Source of the DNA: Escherichia coli 042
GTDB taxonomy: Bacteria > Pseudomonadota > Gammaproteobacteria > Enterobacterales > Enterobacteriaceae
Length of the DNA stretch: 64,000 nt
Direction: 5' to 3' (one strand)
NCBI RefSeq assembly: GCF_000027125.1
Contig: NC_017626.1
In this document: positions 56,130-64,000 of the stretch, one piece after another
Layout: each line of letters opens with the position of its first letter
Numbering within the stretch: the first letter of the stretch is position 1
The notes under the pieces: model-generated
What the model was told of the DNA's origin: nothing
The model's database searches: none
Seen by the model: only the letters and a program-made list of their open reading frames with translations
Program-made: the position numbers and the translations under genes

Positions 56130-56723
56130 TCAATATTCAGTTTTTAACGTTGAACTGGATTCATTACTGCGTTGTTTAAGAATTTCCCGCGCCGAATCTG
56201 CCATTATCATGACAGCACCTGCCAGCATCAGAGTATCTTTCAATACCAGGCGACCAGCACCGGATAAATAAGGGAAACCATGATGAGCGTCACCCAATGC
56301 GGGTACCCATGCCTCCGGGGTGGTGATTAAAAATGAGAGTGTTACCAACGGTGTGGTAAATGCCATCAGCCCTCCCAATAAACCTAACCAGCGATTGACA
56401 GGATTAGCCAAAACCAGCAGAGCAATAATCACCTCCACGACGCCAAGACCGTTGGAAAAACCATAGGTATTATTGGCCGTTTGCCATGCCCTTGCTTCTG
56501 GTTTGTATTCGCCTTCGTGAGTCAGATACTGTTTATAGTCTTCCGGGTGTTCATAAAAGAACGACATTAGTGGACTGTTTGCGACGAATGGTGTAATGCT
56601 GTCTGCCTCGTAAGGGACAAACTTTAATAACCCAATCCACATAAAAACAATCGCAATACTCAGACGAATCAATGTCAGGCCAATTTTATCTCCCCGACTT
56701 AACAGGTGCAGGTATTTCTCCAT
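56130..56723 (-). CDS. rclC: Reactive chlorine resistance membrane protein RclC (DUF417)
   Basis: Start set at MEKYLHLLSRGDK, 197 aa; polytopic membrane protein; third gene of the rclABC order. Confidence 0.8.
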   Translation of the reverse strand: MEKYLHLLSRGDKIGLTLIRLSIAIVFMWIGLLKFVPYEADSITPFVANSPLMSFFYEHPEDYKQYLTHEGEYKPEARAWQTANNTYGFSNGLGVVEVIIALLVLANPVNRWLGLLGGLMAFTTPLVTLSFLITTPEAWVPALGDAHHGFPYLSGAGRLVLKDTLMLAGAVMIMADSAREILKQRSNESSSTLKTEY

Positions 56724-56734
56724 TGTAAACATCC

Positions 56735-56971
56735 TTATCTATACAATACTGCTGTTGCGGTTGAATTATTATCAATTCGCATCGATGTGACTTTCCAGGA
56801 TGAAGCATTATATTTTCTGGCCATATCAGCAATGGCATCCTCCAGAACTGTCGGTGATGCTGATACTGACGAGACGCTGATATGTTTCAGAATTATTTTA
56901 TCATCTGCATTGGTGGAAAATGCCATAACGCCAGATAATAGTGTTGCAAATAAAACAGATTTTTTAAACAT
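56735..56971 (-). CDS. rclB: Periplasmic DUF1471 protein RclB
   Basis: Start set at MFKKSVLFATLLSGVMAFSTNA (signal peptide), 78 aa. Confidence 0.8.
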   Translation of the reverse strand: MFKKSVLFATLLSGVMAFSTNADDKIILKHISVSSVSASPTVLEDAIADMARKYNASSWKVTSMRIDNNSTATAVLYR

Positions 56972-57079
56972 ATAAAATACCATCAATGAAGTGATTAAGA
57001 AGTTATAGAGTAACAGAGAATTAATGAGATTCTTTTCTCTGAGACGCCAGAATATTTGTTCTGGCGTCTGATTTTGAGT

Positions 57080-58405
57080 TTATTTGACTAATGAAAATAG
57101 ATCATTGAGTGATTCGCTCATCGACGGATGAGTAAATATCTGATCGCGTAATATGCTATAAGGCAGCCCGGCATCCATCACCATTTTCACTATATTAATC
57201 ATCTCGTGGGAGTCAACACACAGCAGTGATGCCCCTAATATACGTTGGGTTTTATTATCAACAATCGCTTTTAATACCCCACGGGTATCGTTCATCACTC
57301 TTGCGCGCGGAATTGCAGCTACAGGCAATATCACCACCTGAATATCAGCACCACTCTCTTTGGCTTGTTCTTCTGTCATACCAACCCTGGACAGGGGCGG
57401 TGTCATAAATACGGAATAAGGCACATTTTTCCGATCATCAGTACTACGTTTGCCTTCACCCAGTAACTCATCACGTACAATGCGGTAATCATCCAGTGAT
57501 ATGTAAGTAAATTGCAGCCCGCCGGTAACATCTCCCATCGCCCAAATATTGTCTGCGGTGGTATGTAATCGCTTGTCAACGACAATTGCCCCGCGCTCGT
57601 TTACTGCGATACCTGCATTTTCTGGATGTAACGAAGCGGTAGCCGGTTGACGACCGGAAGCTATTAACAGTGCATCCACCGCCAGTTGGGCGTGCTCGCT
57701 ATGCACTTGCACTTGATTTTCATGGTGACTGATTCGCTCCACATGGGCATTGAGGATTATATCGACGCCCTGATCGCGTAAAATCGTCGCGATATTATCA
57801 GCAATATCCCGATCTTCCCGAGGCAAAAACAGCGAAGCTGCTTCTAAAATGGTTACCTTGCTGCCAAAATTAGCGAACATAGAGGCGAACTCAACGCCAA
57901 TATATCCGCCGCCCAAAATACCTAAATGCCCAGGCAATTCTTTTAGATTAAGTAATCCGGTGCTGTCATATACTCCTGGCGTGGTGGTAATTCCAGGAAT
58001 TGGCGGAACCACGGTTTGTGCACCGGTATTAATAAAAATTTTCTCGCCATGAATTTCCAGATTTCCCTCAGGCCGATGAACACGCAGGCTATGATTATTG
58101 ATAAACTCCGCCTGGCCGTCGATCACGTCGATATTGGGCATATCCGCAAGATTATGAAAATTCTTATTACGTAAAAAATTAACCACTTCATTTTTACGCT
58201 GTATGGCACGGACAAAATCTGTGTGCTGCTGTGCGTCATGAACCAATGTTTTGGTTGGGATGCAGCCGATATTAATACAGGTCCCGCCATACATTGCATT
58301 TGATTGTTCGATGAGAGCCACACGCCAACCTGCTTTTGCCAGCGTGACGGCTAATGTTTTTCCAGCCTTGCCAAAACCAATAATAACTGCCTGATATTTA
58401 TTCAT
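57080..58405 (-). CDS. rclA: Reactive chlorine resistance flavoprotein disulfide reductase RclA
   Basis: Start set at MNKYQAVIIGFGKAGKTLA, 441 aa; FAD motif GxGxxG and redox-active CINIGC. Confidence 0.9.
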   Translation of the reverse strand: MNKYQAVIIGFGKAGKTLAVTLAKAGWRVALIEQSNAMYGGTCINIGCIPTKTLVHDAQQHTDFVRAIQRKNEVVNFLRNKNFHNLADMPNIDVIDGQAEFINNHSLRVHRPEGNLEIHGEKIFINTGAQTVVPPIPGITTTPGVYDSTGLLNLKELPGHLGILGGGYIGVEFASMFANFGSKVTILEAASLFLPREDRDIADNIATILRDQGVDIILNAHVERISHHENQVQVHSEHAQLAVDALLIASGRQPATASLHPENAGIAVNERGAIVVDKRLHTTADNIWAMGDVTGGLQFTYISLDDYRIVRDELLGEGKRSTDDRKNVPYSVFMTPPLSRVGMTEEQAKESGADIQVVILPVAAIPRARVMNDTRGVLKAIVDNKTQRILGASLLCVDSHEMINIVKMVMDAGLPYSILRDQIFTHPSMSESLNDLFSLVK

Positions 58406-58631
58406 GATGATTTCCTGTCGAAACGCGTTCATTTGACATCATGACTATAGACGCAAAAGAGCAAATAACATTTCTTCACAACGCTTGATATTTTGTCTTA
58501 TCGTCTGGTATTTTCTTTTTCTTAATCAGAATCACAAAACAAAAATCATGATTAACTATTTGATGGTATTAGATTAATTATTGACTAAGATTGTTGGTGT
58601 TTGTAATCAAAAAACCACTCAGGAGTCTGAT

Positions 58632-59486
58632 ATGGATGCTCTTAGCCGTTTGTTGATGCTTAACGCTCCACAAGGAACGATCGATAAGAATTGCGTGTTA
58701 GGAAGTGACTGGCAACTTCCACATGGTGCCGGGGAATTGTCGGTTATTCGTTGGCATGCGTTAACGCAAGGAGCGGCGAAGCTGGAAATGCCGACGGGAG
58801 AGATTTTTACATTACGCCCGGGAAATGTGGTCCTGCTACCACAAAATTCAGCTCATCGCCTGAGTCATGTCGATAATGAATCGACCTATATTGTCTGTGG
58901 CACTCTTCGGCTGCAACATTCGGCGCGTTATTTTTTAACGTCTTTGCCGGAAACGCTGTTTGTAGCACCAGTGAACCATAGCGTGGAATATAACTGGCTG
59001 AGGGAGGCGATCCCGTTTTTACAACAGGAATCCAGATCGGCAATGCCGGGAGTGGATGCACTGTGTAGCCAGATCTGCGCTACATTCTTTATCCTCGCGG
59101 TGCGTGAGTGGATTGCACAGGTTAATACAGAGAAAAACATTCTCAGTTTGCTTCTGCATCCACGTCTTGGTGCGGTAATACAGCAAATGCTGGAAATGCC
59201 AGGACACGCCTGGACCGTCGAATCGCTGGCCAGCATCGCCCACATGTCCCGGGCAAGTTTTGCCCAGCTTTTCCGTGATGTTTCCGGAACCACGCCGCTG
59301 GCTGTATTAACAAAGTTGCGTCTACAAATAGCGGCCCAGATGTTTTCCCGGGAAACGCTCCCTGTTGTGGTGATCGCTGAGTCAGTAGGCTATGCCAGTG
59401 AATCATCTTTTCACAAGGCGTTTGTTCGCGAGTTTGGTTGTACCCCGGGAGAATATCGGGAAAGGGTCAGACAGCTTGCACCCTGA
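58632..59486 (+). CDS. rclR: Redox-sensing AraC-family activator RclR
   Basis: Start set at MDALSRLLMLNAPQGTIDKNCVLG, 284 aa; conserved Cys21 and Cys89 (YIVCGTL); C-terminal AraC HTH; divergent from rclA. Confidence 0.85.
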   Translation: MDALSRLLMLNAPQGTIDKNCVLGSDWQLPHGAGELSVIRWHALTQGAAKLEMPTGEIFTLRPGNVVLLPQNSAHRLSHVDNESTYIVCGTLRLQHSARYFLTSLPETLFVAPVNHSVEYNWLREAIPFLQQESRSAMPGVDALCSQICATFFILAVREWIAQVNTEKNILSLLLHPRLGAVIQQMLEMPGHAWTVESLASIAHMSRASFAQLFRDVSGTTPLAVLTKLRLQIAAQMFSRETLPVVVIAESVGYASESSFHKAFVREFGCTPGEYRERVRQLAP

Positions 59487-60004
59487 ATAAAACCGCCAGA
59501 AATCAGGGCAAAGATAATCCGCATTCCGGGAGTTGTGAGCCTTTCAACTATTTCTATTTCCAAGTTTTTTATATATTTTTTTGAAGTGGTCTGGCTTAGT
59601 AATTAAATAAAAGATACAAACTAAATTGCTTCAATTAAATAAAATGCCGATTATTACTTGATACGTAATTATTGTTGGTGATTTTGTTTGTACACCATCA
59701 GTGTATATCTCAATAACCCCTGAATAAGTAGCACTGAATAGGTATAAGGGATGTGGCCATTTTTAAATGGATTTCTTATGCCAAAAATGATCGTCGATCT
59801 CCCCATAAAATGTGAGCGATGCCGAAAGAAATAAAATTAGTTATTGCATTTGAAGTTTGGATGAAAGATTATCATTTGTCATACAAATGAGGGGTGGTAT
59901 GTTGCTAGCCAATTAAAAAAGAACGCCATATTTATTGATGATTGCTCCCCCGGAAGGGGGGAACCATCGGGCATAAATGGGCATGAAGTAATGGAGTATT
60001 AGTT

Positions 60005-60724
60005 GTGAATGTCAATTTCTTTGTCACCTGTATTGGTGACGCCCTGAAATCAAGAATGGCACGAGACTCCGTGCTGCTACTGGAAAAACTCGGCTGTCGC
60101 GTAAATTTCCCAGAGAAACAGGGATGCTGCGGTCAGCCTGCGATCAATAGTGGTTATATCAAAGAAGCGATTCCAGGGATGAAAAATCTGATCGCCGCAC
60201 TGGAGGATAACGACGATCCCATTATTTCACCGGCTGGCTCCTGTACCTATGCCGTAAAAAGTTACCCAACGTATCTGGCGGATGAGCCTGAATGGGCATC
60301 ACGTGCCGAAAGGGTTGCCGCGCGTATGCAGGATCTCACCTCTTTTATTGTTAATACATTAGGGGTAGTCGATGTAGGTGCCAGTTTGCAAGGGAGAGCG
60401 GTGTATCACCCATCTTGTAGCCTGGCCCGTAAGCTGGGGGTGAAGGACGAGCCACTTACGTTGCTGAAAAATGTGCGTGGACTGGAGCTGTTGACCTTTG
60501 CTGAACAGGATACCTGCTGCGGATTTGGCGGCACGTTCTCGGTCAAAATGGCCGAAATATCCGGCGAGATGGTGAAAGAAAAGGTTGTGCACCTGATGGA
60601 AGTCCGCCCTGAGTATTTAATTGGTGCTGACGTGAGTTGCCTGCTGAACATCAGTGGGCGATTACAACGGGAAGGGCAGAAAGTCAAAGTGATGCATATT
60701 GCTGAAGTGCTGATGAGCCGCTGA
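60005..60724 (+). CDS. ykgE: Cysteine-rich (CCG-domain) Fe-S oxidoreductase subunit, LutA-like
   Basis: 239 aa; Cys-rich motifs (CCGQPA, CCGFGG). Confidence 0.85.
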   Translation: MNVNFFVTCIGDALKSRMARDSVLLLEKLGCRVNFPEKQGCCGQPAINSGYIKEAIPGMKNLIAALEDNDDPIISPAGSCTYAVKSYPTYLADEPEWASRAERVAARMQDLTSFIVNTLGVVDVGASLQGRAVYHPSCSLARKLGVKDEPLTLLKNVRGLELLTFAEQDTCCGFGGTFSVKMAEISGEMVKEKVVHLMEVRPEYLIGADVSCLLNISGRLQREGQKVKVMHIAEVLMSR

Positions 60725-60734
60725 GGATATAAAG

Positions 60735-62162
60735 ATGTCGATCAAAACCAGTAATACAGATTTTAAGACACGCATCCGTCAGCAAATTGAAGATCCGATC
60801 ATGCGCAAAGCGGTGGCAAACGCGCAGCAGCGTATTGGGGCAAATCGGCAAAAAATGGTCGATGAATTGGGGCACTGGGAGGAGTGGCGCGATCGGGCCG
60901 CCCAGATACGTGATCATGTTCTGAGTAATCTCGACGCTTATCTGTACCAGCTCTCAGAAAAAGTGACGCAAAACTGCGGTCACGTCTATTTTGCAAAAAC
61001 CAAAGAAGACGCTACCCGCTACATTTTACAGGTTGCCCAACGCAAAAATGCCCGGAAGGTGGTGAAATCTAAATCGATGGTGACCGAAGAGATTGGTGTC
61101 AATCATGTGTTGCAGGATGCTGGCATTCAGGTGATTGAAACCGATCTGGGTGAATACATTCTCCAGCTGGATCAAGATCCGCCCTCTCATGTTGTGGTCC
61201 CGGCAATTCATAAAGATCGCCATCAGATCCGTCGGGTGCTACACGAACGTCTGGGCTATGAGGGGGCGGAAACGCCTGAAGCAATGACCTTATTCATCCG
61301 GCAAAAAATCCGCGAAGATTTCCTCAGTGCTGAAATAGGTATTACCGGCTGTAATTTCGCGGTGGCAGAGACCGGTTCGGTATGCCTGGTGACCAATGAA
61401 GGTAATGCGCGAATGTGTACCACGCTGCCTAAAACGCATATTGCAGTGATGGGAATGGAGCGTATTGCCCCCACGTTTGCCGAGGTAGATGTATTGATCA
61501 CCATGCTGGCGCGCAGTGCCGTTGGTGCACGTTTGACGGGATACAACACCTGGCTGACAGGACCGCGCGAAGCGGGGCACGTTGATGGTCCTGAAGAGTT
61601 TCATCTGGTTATTGTCGATAACGGGCGTTCTGAGGTGCTGGCCTCTGAATTTCGGGATGTGCTGCGCTGTATTCGCTGCGGGGCTTGTATGAATACTTGT
61701 CCGGCATATCGCCATATTGGCGGTCATGGATATGGCTCTATTTATCCAGGGCCAATTGGTGCGGTGATTTCTCCGCTACTTGGCGGCTATAAAGATTTTA
61801 AAGATTTACCCTACGCCTGCTCTTTATGCACTGCTTGTGACAACGTGTGTCCGGTGCGTATTCCGCTGTCAAAACTGATTTTGCGTCATCGTCGGGTGAT
61901 GGCTGAAAAAGGGATCACCGCAAAAGCAGAGCAACGGGCGATAAAAATGTTCGCTTATGCCAATAGTCATCCAGGATTGTGGAAAGTCGGGATGATGGCT
62001 GGTGCTCATGCGGCAAGCTGGTTTATCAATGGCGGCAAAACACCACTCAAATTTGGCGCGATTAGCGACTGGATGGAAGCACGCGATCTTCCTGAAGCTG
62101 ACGGAGAGAGTTTCCGTAGTTGGTTTAAGAAACATCAGGCGCAGGAGAAAAAGAATGGATAA
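60735..62162 (+). CDS. ykgF: Iron-sulfur electron-transport protein, LutB-like
   Basis: 475 aa; two 4Fe-4S ferredoxin-type motifs (CIRCGACMNTCP, CSLCTACDNVCP). Confidence 0.9.
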   Translation: MSIKTSNTDFKTRIRQQIEDPIMRKAVANAQQRIGANRQKMVDELGHWEEWRDRAAQIRDHVLSNLDAYLYQLSEKVTQNCGHVYFAKTKEDATRYILQVAQRKNARKVVKSKSMVTEEIGVNHVLQDAGIQVIETDLGEYILQLDQDPPSHVVVPAIHKDRHQIRRVLHERLGYEGAETPEAMTLFIRQKIREDFLSAEIGITGCNFAVAETGSVCLVTNEGNARMCTTLPKTHIAVMGMERIAPTFAEVDVLITMLARSAVGARLTGYNTWLTGPREAGHVDGPEEFHLVIVDNGRSEVLASEFRDVLRCIRCGACMNTCPAYRHIGGHGYGSIYPGPIGAVISPLLGGYKDFKDLPYACSLCTACDNVCPVRIPLSKLILRHRRVMAEKGITAKAEQRAIKMFAYANSHPGLWKVGMMAGAHAASWFINGGKTPLKFGAISDWMEARDLPEADGESFRSWFKKHQAQEKKNG

Positions 62163-62850
62163 TCGGAGCGAATTTTTGAATAACGTTGCTCAGGCACTGG
62201 GTCGCCCGCTGCGACTTGAACCGCAAGCAGAAGATGCGCCGCTTAACAACTATGCTAACGAGCGGCTTACCGAACTTAACCAACAGCAGCGCTGTGACGC
62301 GTTTATTCAGTTTGCCAGCGATGTTATGTTGACGCGCTGTGAGCTGACCAGCGAGGCGAAGGCGGCAGAAGCTGCAATACGTCTGTGTAAAGAGCTGGGA
62401 GAGCAGTCGGTCGTGATTAGCGGTGACACGAGGTTGGAGGAATTGGGGATTAGCGAACGTTTGCAGCAGGAATGCAATGCCGTTGTTTGGGATCCGGCGA
62501 AAGGTGCCGAGAATATCTCGCAGGCAGAGCAGGCTAAAGTGGGTGTCGTGTATGCTGAATATGGTTTAACCGAATCGGGAGGCGTGGTTCTTTTTTCCGC
62601 CGCCGAGCGCGGGCGTTCATTGAGCCTGCTCCCGGAATCTTCTCTTTTTATCCTGCGTAAAAGCACAATCCTGCCGCGTGTAGCGCAACTCGCAGAAAAA
62701 TTGCATCAGAAAGCGCAGGCCGGTGAACGAATGCCGTCCTGCATTAACATCATTAGCGGCCCTAGTTCAACGGCGGATATTGAGCTTATCAAAGTCGTCG
62801 GGGTTCATGGTCCGGTGAAAGCGGTGTATCTGATTATTGAGGATTGCTGA
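62155..62850 (+). CDS. ykgG: LutC-like protein
   Basis: Start set at ATG 62155 (MDNRSEFLNNVAQALG), overlapping the ykgF stop by 8 nt; 231 aa. Confidence 0.8.
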   Translation: MDNRSEFLNNVAQALGRPLRLEPQAEDAPLNNYANERLTELNQQQRCDAFIQFASDVMLTRCELTSEAKAAEAAIRLCKELGEQSVVISGDTRLEELGISERLQQECNAVVWDPAKGAENISQAEQAKVGVVYAEYGLTESGGVVLFSAAERGRSLSLLPESSLFILRKSTILPRVAQLAEKLHQKAQAGERMPSCINIISGPSSTADIELIKVVGVHGPVKAVYLIIEDC

Positions 62851-63092
62851 GAGAGATATGAAGTCTGGACATAAACCTGAAGGCGGCATACGAGGTTGTG
62901 AATAGCGTTAAGGACAACCTGACTTAACCCCGTTCCGTCATGGTTATGCTGCTCTTCTGTAAATATCCTGACATTAATAATGCCAGGATATTTACAGTGA
63001 AAAAGACAGGAATCCATTCCTGAAGACGGGCTCCCTTCCCGGTCATTGTCACTTCAGTTTTATACAGGCACTCTCTATCAGAATGCTGTTTA

Positions 63093-63761
63093 TTACTGCC
63101 CAGAGTTTTGTTGGTATTCATCTACCATTTTTTTGACAAGACAAAACATTACAGAAATTACAATGCTTAGAAAAAATCCCAGAATCAGGCAAATGGCAGC
63201 AGGGTATTTATTTTTTATTTCTGGTGAGCTTATAGTGACACAGTCATCACCGTTCGGATACAATGACCAGTTCCTGGTCAGGTATATCATTTTTGTATAA
63301 AGCTCACTGTTAATTGCTGAAGGCGTTTGTATCTCATCAAGAACTTGCCTGCCATTATGGTATTCTGACGCATACCATTTGATAATAGACGCATGCACGC
63401 GAGATATTTCCACTTCAGCAGTTGGTAAATCTCTCTTATCTCCTGACCATTCCAGCTTTATTTCTCTGTTCTTGACATCTGGGCTGGTGTGAAAAAATGT
63501 AGTAATTCGCTGTATAACATCTTCAGTCATTGTGGTCTGACAGGCAAAGTTATTATTGCTATCACAGTTAACAAGTATGCCTGGTGTTGTCTGATTTATT
63601 TTTAGGCTGTAACTCACTTTTATATTATCTTTATTGATATACAGAAATAAAAGCACCATTGCCATACAGATGGCTATAATAAAAAGGATAACACGAATCT
63701 TTTTCTTCAGATAAAATAAAATCTCAATCAGATCGATATCCTGTTTGATTTGTTCATTCAT
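63093..63761 (-). CDS. ykgH: Inner membrane protein YkgH
   Basis: 222 aa; single N-terminal TM helix (ILFIIAICMAMVLLFLYI); conserved position after ykgEFG. Confidence 0.75.
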   Translation of the reverse strand: MNEQIKQDIDLIEILFYLKKKIRVILFIIAICMAMVLLFLYINKDNIKVSYSLKINQTTPGILVNCDSNNNFACQTTMTEDVIQRITTFFHTSPDVKNREIKLEWSGDKRDLPTAEVEISRVHASIIKWYASEYHNGRQVLDEIQTPSAINSELYTKMIYLTRNWSLYPNGDDCVTISSPEIKNKYPAAICLILGFFLSIVISVMFCLVKKMVDEYQQNSGQ

Positions 63762-64000
63762 AATATATCCAGAAAATGAAATCTGTCGCAGATAAGGTTG
63801 TATTAATAGTCTGTATCAGGAATGTTCAGGGTAAATATCAGCAAAAAGCCAGCATCATGAATACTGGATATGAAGCATGAGAGTTACCTCAGTGTTTTAT
63901 ATAAGGATTCGGTCCTCATAGTAGAACGGTAACTCTCAATCTGATAGGTTCCTGAGTTAGTTCAAATCACGACTCATTTTTTTCGCTCTTACTGGCATCC

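Overview
The window is an Escherichia coli-type chromosomal segment. Gene content and order, read from the translated ORFs, match the neighbourhood lafSTU - dinB-yafNOP - rtcB-like/prfH - pepD - gpt - frsA - crl - phoE - proBA - thrW, then paoDCBA - yagU - ykgJ - ecpEDCBAR - ykgO/ykgM/ykgR - eaeH - ykgA - rclCBA/rclR - ykgEFG - ykgH. Most of it is conserved backbone. Accessory content: (1) the 3' end of a lateral-flagellar (Flag-2-like) cluster at the left edge; (2) an apparently intact RtcB-like/PrfH pair; (3) a compact ~6.5 kb island immediately 3' of tRNA-Thr(CGU) at 16.2-22.7 kb, carrying a truncated integrase, a 156-aa hypothetical gene, a 1069-aa reverse transcriptase fused to a C-terminal nitrilase domain, and an AbiEi/AbiEii pair; (4) a 42.6-49.1 kb block of redox/detoxification genes with LysR regulators. 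No IS element, CRISPR array or rRNA gene was seen. The RT-nitrilase island is the most interesting part: by architecture it resembles the DRT type 1 (UG1) class of anti-phage reverse transcriptases, so the gene class is probably not new, but I cannot tell without a database search whether this locus, its 156-aa neighbour or the GC-rich structured spacer have been described. All comparisons to E. coli K-12 are from memory, not from a search.
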